NCBI GenBank assembly: GCA_948433885.1
Contig: CAOJEC010000003.1
Coordinates: 5,184 to 69,183, forward strand
Reading direction: 5' to 3'
Length of the DNA stretch: 64,000 nucleotides
Source: an uncultured bacterium
GTDB lineage: Bacteria > Bacillota_I > Bacilli_A > RF39 > UBA660
Shown: one piece after another, positions 33,202-43,424 of the stretch
Layout of the letters: each line of letters begins with the position of its first letter
Numbering within the stretch: the stretch's first letter is position 1
Program-made: the position numbers and the translations under genes
Notes under the pieces: model-generated
Seen by the model: only the letters and a program-made list of their open reading frames with translations
What the model was told of the DNA's origin: nothing
Database searches by the model: none

Positions 33202-33633
33202 TTAAAGACACTCTACACAAGTATCGTTTAGACATCTGATGCTGCAAAGACAATCTAAGTTTATGGTAAAGAAACTGTTCGTACTGACGTATGGATAAAG
33301 TCCTGTATCTTCCGTATTCGGAGCCAAGACCCTAAAAGTTGCTGCATTGCATTCGAGTTTTTCAATTCTGAAAACGTTCGAACATTGTGCAGGATCCGTA
33401 CAAGTTGTGATGTCTTTACTTATTGGCATTGAGACAGCATTTTGCCCACTTGGACAGCAAGTATAGAGCATTATAGGTCTCGTATTGCATACGCAACAAG
33501 TTGTTCCACACCCTAAGACTGGTCTATCGCATGAATCTAAACAGCTTTCAGGGCAAGATGCATTTTGTTGCAAAATCAATATCACTTGTAGTATTTCCGC
33601 TATGCCGTTCGTTTCATTATTATTGTTAGACAT
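33202..33633 (-). CDS. Cysteine-rich spore coat/exosporium protein of the CotY/CotZ family
   Basis: The C-terminal FRIEKLECNAATFRVL...FTINLDCLCSIRCLND parallels B. subtilis CotZ from memory ([25 protein letters not shown]). There are many Cys residues. Confidence 0.7.
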   Translation of the reverse strand: MSNNNNETNGIAEILQVILILQQNASCPESCLDSCDRPVLGCGTTCCVCNTRPIMLYTCCPSGQNAVSMPISKDITTCTDPAQCSNVFRIEKLECNAATFRVLAPNTEDTGLYPYVSTNSFFTINLDCLCSIRCLNDTCVECL

Positions 33634-33768
33634 AATATTCACCCTTTCATTTCTTTCATTAATAATCTATGATTAATTGTTAAAATAGTGCATATTTCGT
33701 CGAACAGTTTTCAAATTAGTATATTTTTTATTTAAAACGTTGTATAATTATGAACAGGTGATAAATAT

Positions 33769-34080
33769 ATGGGTTGGGAATATTTGATAATTGCTTTGGT
33801 ACTCGTCGTAGTAGCCCTCGTAGCAATCAAGGTTTCTAGTAAGAGTTTCGACGAAGATATGAACAAACTCGTCAAGTATCTAGGAGGCAAGGACAACATC
33901 ATCGACTGCGAAGTATCGGTGTCGCGATTCAAAGTTACTTTGAAAGACGTAACTCTTGCCAATAAAGAAGGAATTCAAAAATTGGGTGCTCAGGGTATCG
34001 TCGAGATAGATAATCAATTGAAAATCGTCTTTGACAAAAATGCTAGAGCATTAAAAAAATACATCAAAGATATGCGTTGA
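33769..34080 (+). CDS. Small membrane-anchored PTS EIIB(Glc)-like domain protein
   Basis: An N-terminal transmembrane segment. LVKYLGGKDNIIDCEVSVSRFKVTLKD resembles the EIIB motif (LGGxxNIxxxxxCxTRLR) but is degenerate. Confidence 0.5.
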   Translation: MGWEYLIIALVLVVVALVAIKVSSKSFDEDMNKLVKYLGGKDNIIDCEVSVSRFKVTLKDVTLANKEGIQKLGAQGIVEIDNQLKIVFDKNARALKKYIKDMR

Positions 34081-34114
34081 TGTATTTTTTAATTACTTTA
34101 AAAAATATAGTTGA

Positions 34115-34948
34115 TCATCTATCCCTATTGTTTTGGCGATCGCGTTTTCTTCTCATCAAAAAGGATTTTTCGTAGTCTAAAGATTCGTAATTTACACTGA
34201 AATCATCGAATAAGCTTAAAACATCTCGTACAATCTTAAATTTATGCCTAATGCTATGTTTAATTTGTTCAGTCCTATGATATGATACTTTCATCAAATT
34301 TGCAATTTCTTTACCTGTATATCCCATATCCCGGTATTCCAAATATTGTCTTTCAAGATCTGTCAAATATTTAACATGTAACAATCTAAAAAATTCATCC
34401 TGACGAATTACGTCTTCTTCAGGATCGCTTAAAAAGCCGTGCTGAAGATCTAAACTGTCGTCCGTCACATCGTCAAAATATGTCAAATACGCACGATCTT
34501 TGAATTTCAATACAGTTTCAATCAACTCTTTAGAACAATTTAAATGTTCACACATTTCACTCAAGAGTGGTTCTCTACCGAGTTTATTCGTCAAGTCATT
34601 ATAAGTATAAAGAACCACTACTATGCTTTCTTTTTTTATAACCCGAGTGTATTTTCCTTCACTCAGCTTGAGTTCACCGATTACGGATCCGACAATTGCA
34701 CACACCGATTTATGAATTTCCTTAATAACTTCTTTAAAAAGATTTTTATAACTTTTAGATAAAACTTTATCTACACCTCTAATCAATCCTTCGTATGCCG
34801 ATTGAACAAGATCTTCATCGTCGACACCTAATCCACTATATTCTAAAGCTATTTTCTCGGCCTGAGCTTTATACGTATTTATCAATTTGTTTCGCTTTTC
34901 GGTATAATTTTCTTTTAGTTCATTCCCAATATTTACATTTGTATCCAT
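34115..34948 (-). CDS. Sigma-70 family RNA polymerase sigma factor (atypical, with a basic C-terminal tail)
   Basis: Region 2-like DLVQSAYEGLIRGVDK, region 3-like LGREPLLSEMCEHLNCSKE, and a region 4 HTH LTDLERQYLEYRDMGYTGKEIANLMKVSYHRTEQIKHS. The start is the ATG at 34948 after AAGGGGGA. Confidence 0.6.
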   Translation of the reverse strand: MDTNVNIGNELKENYTEKRNKLINTYKAQAEKIALEYSGLGVDDEDLVQSAYEGLIRGVDKVLSKSYKNLFKEVIKEIHKSVCAIVGSVIGELKLSEGKYTRVIKKESIVVVLYTYNDLTNKLGREPLLSEMCEHLNCSKELIETVLKFKDRAYLTYFDDVTDDSLDLQHGFLSDPEEDVIRQDEFFRLLHVKYLTDLERQYLEYRDMGYTGKEIANLMKVSYHRTEQIKHSIRHKFKIVRDVLSLFDDFSVNYESLDYEKSFLMRRKRDRQNNRDR

Positions 34949-35018
34949 AAAAATCCCCCTTTTTTCAAGAAAGTATTCTATCACAAGACCACAAAAAAAG
35001 CAAACATCCTCAAATTTG

Positions 35019-35264
35019 CTATTTTTTGTGTGCTGTTATGATCGTATAGCTATGGATATTGACTGTAATCCTCACACCATCGTACTCACAATAGTAATTC
35101 TTACCTCGAATACTGACTTTGCACTCGCTGTTTGTAATGATCTTTTTGCAATGATCGACGACATCCGCGTCTCCTAAAAGAAGATTTTTGCTTATTCTCG
35201 CGACACCCATCGGAGTCGTGTGAACTTTATCTATATTCGAAAGCAGCCTATCTTTTGCGTTCAT
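35019..35264 (-). CDS. DUF3781-like small protein
   Basis: [15 protein letters not shown]...GKNYYC...[10 protein letters not shown] matches my recollection of the DUF3781 pattern. It overlaps the valS stop by 4 nt. Confidence 0.55.
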   Translation of the reverse strand: MNAKDRLLSNIDKVHTTPMGVARISKNLLLGDADVVDHCKKIITNSECKVSIRGKNYYCEYDGVRITVNIHSYTIITAHKK

Positions 35265-37786
35265 GCAGTTCTCAATTTTTCTAATTCTGCTTCCTCTTCT
35301 TGTAGTTTTTGTCTATCTTTTAAAACTATATCTTGAGGAGCCTTGCTAGTATAATTTTCATTAGAAAGCAGTTTTTTTCTTCTCGCGATCGAATCTTCTA
35401 ATTCGCTTATTCTCTTCTTGGCAGCGTCTATAGAAGAAGAATCGTCTTTATTAAAGAAGACCGAAATGCTGTATTCTTTATATATGACATCGTAAGAAGC
35501 ATTGCCTTTTTGTCCTTCCGTTTTGCCATCTAGTTTTAACAAATTGGTTATAATTCTATAATGGGCCTTGCTATTGTACTCGATATAGAATTCTTTACCT
35601 ACACCATTTTCTAATTTGAAAGTTCTAAATAGACGAACAAATTCTAACATATCATCTACATCTTTAGTATCGAAATCGTATTCCTTCGAATAAGTAGGAT
35701 ACTCGTCTATCATGATCGAATCGCATTTCTTAAATGGCATCATGGTATATATTTCTTCACTTACATAAGGCATGAATGGACTTATCGCCCTAATGACAGA
35801 AGATAACACATGATACAAAGTAGATTTTGTCACGACATCGTCCGCTGAAAATTTGGCCATTTCTATATAGTTATCACAAAAGTCGTTCCATATAAAATTG
35901 TAAAGAGAGGCTCCTGCATTGTTGAACTCGTACTTATCCAAATATTTGCGAGTATCGGAAATCGCCTTATTCAATTTAGACAAAATCCATTCGTCTTCCT
36001 CTTTCAAACCATCTAACGTGAACTCTTCCTCACTCAGATTTTCTATATTTAAAAGTACGAATCTCGAAGCATTCCAAAGTTTATTGATGAAATTCCAAGT
36101 ACTTTTGACCTTGTCTTCATCGTACTTCAAATCCATGCCAGCACTTACCTCGGTCGTAAGATAATATCTCAAAGCATCAGCTCCATATGCTTCGATGACA
36201 TCCATCGGATCGACACCGTTACCCAAAGATTTGCTCATCTTGCGGCCTTCTTTGTCGCGAATCAATCCGTGAATAATACAATCTTCGAATGGTCTCTTGC
36301 CCGTGAAGTGTAGTCCTTGAAAAGTCATACGATTGACCCAAAATGGTATGATATCGTATCCGGTCACTAAACAGTTGTTCGGGTAGTATCTTTCGATTAG
36401 TTCGTTTCCTTCCGGCCAACCGAGAGTCGAAAATGGCCAAAGAGCACTCGAAAACCATGTATCCAAAACATCTTCATCTTGAATCCATCCTTCGCCTTTT
36501 GGTTCTTCCACGCCTACGTACACTTCTTCACCTCTATACCAAGCTGGTATTCTATGTCCCCACCAAAGTTGACGAGAAATACACCAATCGTAAGTTATTT
36601 CCATCCAATGGTTCATTATCTTTTCGAAGCGACTAGGCCAAAAATTGACTTTTGTATCTTTGTTCTTTTGATTTTCTAGTACAGCATCGGCAAGCGGTCT
36701 CATGCGAACGAACCATTGTTTTGAAAGGTAAGGTTCTACCATGACATCAGTTCTCTCGGAATGTCCTACATTGTGAGTGATCTTCTCTATGCGTATGAGA
36801 ATTCCTTGTTCTTCCAAATCCTTGACGACGGCTTCACGACAAGCGAATCTATCCATTCCGTCGTATTTCTCCCCACAAAGAGCATTCATCGTTCCATTCG
36901 GATTCATGATGATCTTTCTTTCCAAGTTGTGTCTATTACCTACTTCGAAATCGTTAGGATCGTGAGCAGGAGTAATCTTGACGACACCTGTACCGAATTC
37001 CATATCGGCGTGCTCATCTCCGACGACAGGAATTTTCTCATTTAAAATTGGCAAGATGACATTCTTTCCGATCAAATGCTTATATCTTTCATCATTGGGA
37101 TTTACAGCCACAGCCGTATCTCCGAACAAAGTCTCCGGTCTCGTCGTCGCGACTTCCAAATATTCGTCGCTTCCTTCGATGAAATATTTCAAATGATAGA
37201 AAGCACCTTCGACATCCTTATATATGACCTCTTCATTGGAAAGAGCCGTCATCGCTTCGGGATCCCAATTTATAATTCTCTCTCCCCTATAGATTAGCCC
37301 TTCCTCATAAAGATGTACGAACACTTTGCGAACAGCCTCAGAAAGTCCTTCATCCAAAGTGAATCTTTCTTTAGTATAATCTAAAGACAAACCTAGAGTT
37401 GCCCATTGATCGTGAATATTAGAAGCGTATTCGTCTTTCCAAGCCCATGCTTTTTTGAGCCACTCTTCTCTATCCATACTCCTAGGATCCATGCCTTCTT
37501 CGCGTAGCTTCCTATCGACTTTAGCTTGTGTCGCAATGCCCGCATGGTCCATACCGGGTAACCACAATGCATCATATCCACACATTCTCTTGTAACGAAT
37601 CAATACGTCTTGAATGCTAGTATCCCAAGCATGTCCTAAATGCAATTTACCTGTTACATTTGGCGGAGGAATGACTATACAAAATGGCTTTTTTGTCGTA
37701 TCTCCCGACTTGAAATATCCTTTTTCCTTCCAATTCTCGTATTTTCCTTTTTCTACCCTTTTATGATCGTATTTAGTTTCTAACAT
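35261..37786 (-). CDS. valS: Valine--tRNA ligase
   Basis: HIGH-type motif ([14 protein letters not shown]), KMSKS, and a C-terminal coiled coil. The start is set at the ATG at 37786. Confidence 0.95.
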   Translation of the reverse strand: MLETKYDHKRVEKGKYENWKEKGYFKSGDTTKKPFCIVIPPPNVTGKLHLGHAWDTSIQDVLIRYKRMCGYDALWLPGMDHAGIATQAKVDRKLREEGMDPRSMDREEWLKKAWAWKDEYASNIHDQWATLGLSLDYTKERFTLDEGLSEAVRKVFVHLYEEGLIYRGERIINWDPEAMTALSNEEVIYKDVEGAFYHLKYFIEGSDEYLEVATTRPETLFGDTAVAVNPNDERYKHLIGKNVILPILNEKIPVVGDEHADMEFGTGVVKITPAHDPNDFEVGNRHNLERKIIMNPNGTMNALCGEKYDGMDRFACREAVVKDLEEQGILIRIEKITHNVGHSERTDVMVEPYLSKQWFVRMRPLADAVLENQKNKDTKVNFWPSRFEKIMNHWMEITYDWCISRQLWWGHRIPAWYRGEEVYVGVEEPKGEGWIQDEDVLDTWFSSALWPFSTLGWPEGNELIERYYPNNCLVTGYDIIPFWVNRMTFQGLHFTGKRPFEDCIIHGLIRDKEGRKMSKSLGNGVDPMDVIEAYGADALRYYLTTEVSAGMDLKYDEDKVKSTWNFINKLWNASRFVLLNIENLSEEEFTLDGLKEEDEWILSKLNKAISDTRKYLDKYEFNNAGASLYNFIWNDFCDNYIEMAKFSADDVVTKSTLYHVLSSVIRAISPFMPYVSEEIYTMMPFKKCDSIMIDEYPTYSKEYDFDTKDVDDMLEFVRLFRTFKLENGVGKEFYIEYNSKAHYRIITNLLKLDGKTEGQKGNASYDVIYKEYSISVFFNKDDSSSIDAAKKRISELEDSIARRKKLLSNENYTSKAPQDIVLKDRQKLQEEEAELEKLRTA

Positions 37787-38504
37787 TTTTATCAATCCTT
37801 TCATTCATATATTTTAAAACTTCACCAAATAAATCGTCTAAGTTGCTTGACTTCCTCACTCGATGAAAATAGGCTTCCAAATACTCTTTCATATTTTTCA
37901 AACAACAATCGAAGTTTATATCGAAAGCTAGTAACATAGTCGACGCGATTTTATCGTTGTTCGTCTTTACAAATTCATTTTTGACACATGATCGTTCAAA
38001 AAAACACTTGCTAACTTCAGAAGATATAGAAGAATCATCTTCGCAGCTATCGTAGTTTCCTAGCACACCTAACAAATAGACGATATCCAACTTGTCGGCG
38101 TCTCTGATCATTTTACCCATTTTATAAGATAAACTATCGCTCGTCTTTGGAAGCTCTAATTTGTTGTGATTTCTTATGGCGTACTCTACGACAGGATACC
38201 ACTCTTTTTTATCAGTAAACCTTTCAATGAGACCTTCTTCAAATAAAATGTCCGCCCCATATTCAGCGTGATCTATCGAATGAGCATCATCGAAAGAGTT
38301 GTACAACTTTACTTGTTCGAATCTACCTATGTCGTGTAACAACCCTATTAGTTCGGCTAGTTCACACTCTTCGCGAGTAAATCCTTCTTGTTTAGCTATT
38401 TTCATAGCTTGCATACGTACTCTCAGTGAATGTTCTTTTTTGAAGCGTATTGCGTCTTCTTGTTCGTTGTATGTACTTACATATTTTAAAAATTCATCGA
38501 CCAT
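37773..38504 (-). CDS. HD-domain phosphohydrolase
   Basis: H...HDIGR motif ([10 protein letters not shown]). The stop overlaps the valS start by 14 nt. It is the first gene behind the T-box leader. Confidence 0.7.
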   Translation of the reverse strand: MVDEFLKYVSTYNEQEDAIRFKKEHSLRVRMQAMKIAKQEGFTREECELAELIGLLHDIGRFEQVKLYNSFDDAHSIDHAEYGADILFEEGLIERFTDKKEWYPVVEYAIRNHNKLELPKTSDSLSYKMGKMIRDADKLDIVYLLGVLGNYDSCEDDSSISSEVSKCFFERSCVKNEFVKTNNDKIASTMLLAFDINFDCCLKNMKEYLEAYFHRVRKSSNLDDLFGEVLKYMNERIDKNVRN

Positions 38505-38520
38505 TTTTTCACCTTCCAAC

Positions 38521-38735
38521 AAAAAAAGTTATAATGCTCGAGGGCGACATTTATCGCTGTACCACCTCGGCTTTATAACTCATAATTACAAGTTAATCTC
38601 ATCGATCTCCTTAACGCGAAGTCACGATTTTTCTCACTTTTCGACCTTCGAAGATCCCATCTATCGGCTCCCACCACACGCCGACTCTCTATAAGACGAG
38701 TGTCTCCTACTCCTAAAAGTTCATCGAAAACTAAA
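38521..38735 (-). promoter_or_regulatory. T-box riboswitch leader (likely Val-specific), including the terminator/antiterminator
   Basis: The minus strand shows an AGAGAG bulge, a GGUGGGA-type distal loop (tcggc gtgtggtggga gccga) and the T-box sequence aaagccgaGGUGGUAcagcg. The terminator helix is agttataa..cgagg / cctcg..ttataact followed by T7 (38521-38580). The candidate specifier GUC is at 38645-38643. Confidence 0.75.
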
Positions 38736-38738
38736 CTG

Positions 38739-38767
38739 ATTATACTATAAAAATCTATATAGCGCAA
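38739..38767 (-). promoter_or_regulatory. Sigma-A promoter of the T-box/HD/valS operon (TTGCGC-17 nt-TATAAT)
   Basis: I read the hexamers on the minus strand with the correct spacer. Confidence 0.6.
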
Positions 38768-38782
38768 GTCACAAAATTTGGT

Positions 38783-40243
38783 TTATTTATAAGTCTTTTG
38801 AAAAGAATCGTGGAAGTGTTTTTGCCATTTTTCCATGGAAACTCTAACTTCTTTATAGCCTTCTTTCATTTCATATGTCACTATACCTTTTTCCACTAGG
38901 ACTGCGAGACCATCTCCGCAAACCATAACTTCATCATCGACGAATTTTTTTATATCGTTATCATAATATAAGGTTAAACCATTGTTTAAAACTATTTTAT
39001 AACAAAATTTGATATCCCCGGAGGTCGTTTCATAAATAAATAAGTTTTCATCACTAATGTACGCTTGAACATCAATTTCATAGTCAATTTGATCTTCTAT
39101 TGGATTTGTGCCGTCGATCATATCATAGACCATCGATTTTATAATTCTTTGACAATCTCCATAAAACATTTCGATATTCTCATCGCCATTGCCAATTTGA
39201 TTTCCTATAAAACGATCATCTATACAATTTTCAGCTAAATCGTGAATAGCTTTTTCATCGTTGCCTTCGTTTGCCCAACGCTCACTCATATCTTCGAATA
39301 CACTCATATATATTTGTTGTCTCTTACAGTTAGTAGGCATTCCAAAAAGGTCATCATCTAGAGATTTCATCAATTCGATCGGATTGTGTATACCTTCATC
39401 AGTCATATCATCGATCAACTCTAAAGGCCCATTTTCACGAAAATCACCGACGTCACTTTTAGAACATTCTAGAAATAGATCAAACACATCGACATACTCA
39501 TAATATGCATTAATGCTTCTATCAACAAAACCATGCCATTCTACAGAAACGTGATCTTTTCCTGAGTACATGAAATTGGCAAGTTCGCTCGCACCTTCAT
39601 AAAGGGCGATGCCTACTCCTTTTATTTTATCATTTTCGAAAACACACAAATAATTGATTCGATAAACTGTTTTATCATTCAATTCTATCGATGCTGAATC
39701 GATCGTATGTACCATCTCATGAAATAATACATTTCTATCGAACTCGCTGTTCAAGTCAAAATTTTCTGACAAATATATTGTTCTAGAAATCACATCAAAG
39801 TACGCATTCGTCACTTTACCATTGGCAGAAATATTTAATTCATTCATTTCTTCATCTTTCAAAAACTCGAATTTTATATCCTGCAAATTATAATAGAATA
39901 CACACAAATCGGCCTTTGGTTCTTCTCTTTCAAAATTTTCACAAAATTGCAACAAAAGTTTCTTTAAATCTTTTGGAATGTTCGATTTATTTTCTATTAC
40001 TTGCTTAGTTTGCTCAAAAGTCGGATGTTTAACCTCTAAATAATCTCGGACTTCATCATTCGAATACGCTATAATGTTTGTTTTAAAGCCATCATAAACC
40101 TCCGTCACTGCCAAAGTACCGTCATCTAATTCGCATACTGTTGCTTGAGGGGAGCCATTTTTAGAACTTCTGCATCCCAATGTAGGGAAAAGCATGCTCA
40201 AAGAAAGTGCCGCAGACAAGATTCTCTTTTTCCATATCTTCAT
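38783..40243 (-). CDS. Lipoprotein with an HExxH motif (putative secreted metalloprotease)
   Basis: A lipobox (LFPTLGC) and LFHEMVHTID. I recognise no further family. Confidence 0.5.
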   Translation of the reverse strand: MKIWKKRILSAALSLSMLFPTLGCRSSKNGSPQATVCELDDGTLAVTEVYDGFKTNIIAYSNDEVRDYLEVKHPTFEQTKQVIENKSNIPKDLKKLLLQFCENFEREEPKADLCVFYYNLQDIKFEFLKDEEMNELNISANGKVTNAYFDVISRTIYLSENFDLNSEFDRNVLFHEMVHTIDSASIELNDKTVYRINYLCVFENDKIKGVGIALYEGASELANFMYSGKDHVSVEWHGFVDRSINAYYEYVDVFDLFLECSKSDVGDFRENGPLELIDDMTDEGIHNPIELMKSLDDDLFGMPTNCKRQQIYMSVFEDMSERWANEGNDEKAIHDLAENCIDDRFIGNQIGNGDENIEMFYGDCQRIIKSMVYDMIDGTNPIEDQIDYEIDVQAYISDENLFIYETTSGDIKFCYKIVLNNGLTLYYDNDIKKFVDDEVMVCGDGLAVLVEKGIVTYEMKEGYKEVRVSMEKWQKHFHDSFQKTYK

Positions 40244-40420
40244 AAAATTTGACCTTCTATGTGTAATGTATCGTTCGCTTTTGTACTTGTATCAAGTCTT
40301 TTTTATTATTTTATATCACACTTTACAATACACAATTCCCTTTCAATAGATCATATAATAGCACTATAAAAAGTCAAAGTCAAATTATCATGTCATTTTA
40401 TCATGTCGATCTTAGATGGT

Positions 40421-40942
40421 TTATCGATCACAAGAAATACTTTTTACAACTAAATTTTGCAAAAAATAATAAAAAATGTTCAAATGTACTAATTCATCTT
40501 CGATTATTCTTTCCAATAATGCTTTAATAAACTCATCATCGATAGCTTCGATATGCTCACGATATTTTTTGATTGCGCCTTCTTCTCTAGCGATATCGGC
40601 AAGTAACATCTCATTTAAATCGATAGTATATTCTACACAAGAAGCATTCCACGGGATAAACCATTCATCACGTGGTGAACCAAAAATTGGTTTGACTCCT
40701 AAAGCTCCAATCGTCTCACCCAAAAGTTTCAAATGATACATCTCGACCTTCGAAATTTCTTCCAAAACTTTGGACAATTCTTCGTTTTGCTCTCGCAGTA
40801 TCAAAGATTGATACAAATACAAATGTATAGCGGTATCTTCGCTCGTGCATCCAGCATAATCTTCTAAAAGAAGTTTTGCATATTCCTCATTCGGACAAAG
40901 TTTTTCTACTTTCGGATAAGGTTTTAAACTTTTACAAATCAC
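40421..40942 (-). CDS. Ferritin-like / manganese-catalase-like (CotJC-related) protein; start uncertain
   Basis: PNEEYAKLLLEDYAGCTSEDTAIHLYLYQS...VEMYHLKLLGE...EEGAIKKYREH resembles di-metal four-helix-bundle ExxH motifs. The longest ORF overlaps miaA by 38 nt, so I chose the GTG at 40942. Confidence 0.5.
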   Translation of the reverse strand: MICKSLKPYPKVEKLCPNEEYAKLLLEDYAGCTSEDTAIHLYLYQSLILREQNEELSKVLEEISKVEMYHLKLLGETIGALGVKPIFGSPRDEWFIPWNASCVEYTIDLNEMLLADIAREEGAIKKYREHIEAIDDEFIKALLERIIEDELVHLNIFYYFLQNLVVKSISCDR

Positions 40943-40985
40943 TTTATCACCAATTAAAAATATGATAAAACAAAAAAAGCAATTC

Positions 40986-41849
40986 CTAGAATCGTTTTTT
41001 ATCGATGAAAGCACACACTTCATCTACTGTCTTCGAAAAATCTTCGTAGTCGGTTTCGAACCATTCGACTTGCATCTGATGCAAAAACCAAGTATATTGT
41101 CTCTTCGCATATTTGCGGCTTTTCTGTTTGATGAGTCTCACTGCTTCATCCAAAGTCATAAGTCCTTCGAAATACGCGATCAATTCTTTATAACCTATAC
41201 CGGTCTTCATCGCTTTAGAAAGACCGTATTTTTTATATAAAGATTCAGCTTCTTCGAGAAGTCCATCCTCCATCATTTTATCGACACGTCGATTTATCTT
41301 GTCGTAAAGATTTTGTCTATTTGTCGTCAATCCGATCATGCAAACATCTTCGTAAAGTAAGACATCCTTACGACCATTGTTACCAGTCGAATTCAATTTG
41401 GATATCATTCTTCTTCTATTGTTGACGTGTACATCGTCAGTATTTTTACCACTTTCTTGGAGCAGCGCATACAATTTTTCATTGGAAAGATTTTCGTATT
41501 CATTCAACTCAGCTCGTTCGTCGAACTCGTAATCGTAAAGACCTGCTTTCAAATAAAGTCCCGTCCCACCGACGATTACGACATTTCGGTCAGCGTAGTC
41601 TTTCAAAATTCTTCTCAGATCTCTCTGATAATCGAAAACCGTATATATTTCATCGGGCCTAACTATATCGAAAAGGAAATGAGGTTTTCCCATGTCTTCC
41701 TCTTTCGTGTATTTAGCCGTGCCGATGTCCATTTCTTTGTAAACTTGCATCGCATCACAATTTACGACGACTGCATCGTATCTTTGTGATAATTCTTCTG
41801 CTAGTTTAGTTTTACCTACTCCCGTAGGCCCTACGACGCATAAAATCAT
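40986..41849 (-). CDS. miaA: tRNA dimethylallyltransferase
   Basis: P-loop GPTGVGKT and the family-typical layout. Confidence 0.9.
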   Translation of the reverse strand: MILCVVGPTGVGKTKLAEELSQRYDAVVVNCDAMQVYKEMDIGTAKYTKEEDMGKPHFLFDIVRPDEIYTVFDYQRDLRRILKDYADRNVVIVGGTGLYLKAGLYDYEFDERAELNEYENLSNEKLYALLQESGKNTDDVHVNNRRRMISKLNSTGNNGRKDVLLYEDVCMIGLTTNRQNLYDKINRRVDKMMEDGLLEEAESLYKKYGLSKAMKTGIGYKELIAYFEGLMTLDEAVRLIKQKSRKYAKRQYTWFLHQMQVEWFETDYEDFSKTVDEVCAFIDKKRF

Positions 41850-41850
41850 A

Positions 41851-43032
41851 CTATTTTAAGTTGACTTTCTTGAAAACTTTTTTACCTTTTTGAACGACCA
41901 CCGGACTACCCTCGATCGCAGTTTTCACGTCGGTTACCTTTTCACCATCGACACTGATGCCACCTTGTTCGACCAATCTTCTCGCTTCAGATTTTGAAGG
42001 AGCAATCGCTACATCGACGAGTAAATCCAAAATGTTCGCACCTCTACTCAAAGTAGATTCGACTTCGGGCATGTTCGTAGAATCGCCGGCAAATATTTCC
42101 TCACTCATCTTTTTGGCATTATCTGCTTCCTCGACTCCATGAACGAATTTTGTAACCTCGTAAGCCAATGTCTTATGTGCTTCGCGAAGTTCGGGATGTT
42201 CTTTGTGACTTGCTTCCAAAGCTTCTATTTCTTCTCGTGACAAGAATGTAAAATGTTTCAAATAATCGATGACTTTCTCATCTTCAGAATTTATGAAAAA
42301 TTGATAAAATTCGTATGGACTAGTTTGTTCTTTATCCAACCAAATGGCCTTACCTTCGCTCTTTCCGAACTTAGTTCCATCCTTTTTGGTAACCAAAGGC
42401 ATAGTAAAAGCATACGCTTCTTTTCCAAGTTTCTTTCTGATGAGGTCTACTCCCGCGGTGATATTTCCCCATTGATCTTGACCTGCTACTTGCATCGTAC
42501 AATTTTTTTGTTCGTACAAAACACAAAAATCCATAGCTTGCATGATTTGATAAGAAAATTCAGTATAAGTTATACCTTCGTCCAATCTTCTTTTGACGAT
42601 ATCTTTATTTATCATATAATTGACATTGAAGTATTTACCATAATCTCTAAGAAAAGTGATGAAATCTACATCTTTACTCCATTCGTAATTGTTAACAAAT
42701 TCGATATTATCAAAAATTTTCTCGAATTGTGCAGTCAATTTTTTTACATTGTTATTGACCTTTTCGTAAGATATGATTTCTCTTTCTTTAGAGGGCCTTG
42801 GATCTCCTATCAAACCCGTAGCTCCTCCTACCAAGACGATCGGATGATGCCCATGGTCGGAAAGTCTTTTACAAATCAAAAAACTCGATAAGTGTCCTAC
42901 GTGCAAAGAGTCACCAGTCGGATCAGTTCCAATATAGAAAGTGACCTTCTCTTCATCTAACAATCTTTTAATCTCAGGACTAGTCGAGTCTTTGATCAAT
43001 CCACGCCATTCTAGCTCTTCGTATAATGTCAT
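41851..43032 (-). CDS. tyrS: Tyrosine--tRNA ligase
   Basis: HVGHL (HIGH), KFGKS (KMSKS), and a C-terminal S4 domain. Confidence 0.95.
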   Translation of the reverse strand: MTLYEELEWRGLIKDSTSPEIKRLLDEEKVTFYIGTDPTGDSLHVGHLSSFLICKRLSDHGHHPIVLVGGATGLIGDPRPSKEREIISYEKVNNNVKKLTAQFEKIFDNIEFVNNYEWSKDVDFITFLRDYGKYFNVNYMINKDIVKRRLDEGITYTEFSYQIMQAMDFCVLYEQKNCTMQVAGQDQWGNITAGVDLIRKKLGKEAYAFTMPLVTKKDGTKFGKSEGKAIWLDKEQTSPYEFYQFFINSEDEKVIDYLKHFTFLSREEIEALEASHKEHPELREAHKTLAYEVTKFVHGVEEADNAKKMSEEIFAGDSTNMPEVESTLSRGANILDLLVDVAIAPSKSEARRLVEQGGISVDGEKVTDVKTAIEGSPVVVQKGKKVFKKVNLK

Positions 43033-43167
43033 AATTATCCTCTTCTTTCAGTTATCTCAATTATATTCTATTTGATTATCTTTGTCAAAAACTTCTCTTC
43101 TTTCAATTTTTGATAACAAAATTTACCGGCGTACCATAGACTATAGTAGGAGTTAGGAGGTTATATT

Positions 43168-43380
43168 ATGTATTATTACGGATATAATAACGGCTATGCC
43201 GGAGCCAACACAGGTTATTATCAAAACCCTTGCTGTGGCAATAACGGTTTCGTAGGATACACTCAAGGCGGTTATGGCTTTGGTGCAGCCCTTTGGATTG
43301 TACTTTTCATCTTACTAGTCATCATAATCGGAGCCGGCTGGTCCTTTGGTGGAAATAATAACATGGGACCAAGACGTTAA
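43168..43380 (+). CDS. Tiny Gly/Tyr/Asn-rich transmembrane protein, YjcZ-like sporulation protein
   Basis: A GGAGG RBS. A low-complexity GYG-rich N-terminus followed by LWIVLFILLVIIIGA resembles the YjcZ / tiny-TM family. Confidence 0.5.
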   Translation: MYYYGYNNGYAGANTGYYQNPCCGNNGFVGYTQGGYGFGAALWIVLFILLVIIIGAGWSFGGNNNMGPRR

Positions 43381-43410
43381 AAGGAATGACACTCGTCACT
43401 CCTTTTTCTT
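43381..43410. terminator. Bidirectional hairpin terminator between the yjcZ-like gene and the HerA-like gene
   Basis: aaggaatgac-actc-gtcactcctt followed by a T-run. Confidence 0.6.
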
Positions 43411-43424
43411 TTTTCGTAATTTTA

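Noticed and set aside
33732-33962. 76-aa minus-strand ORF
   Set aside because: It is antisense to the EIIB-like gene, which has a good RBS and a domain-like sequence.
38573-38767. 64-aa minus-strand ORF
   Set aside because: It falls entirely within the T-box leader RNA.
43033-43167. A possible T-box leader upstream of tyrS (I also looked upstream of glyQS)
   Set aside because: The tyrS upstream region is only ~135 nt and has no GGUGGUA T-box sequence or terminator. glyQS directly follows rnj with an 8-nt gap.
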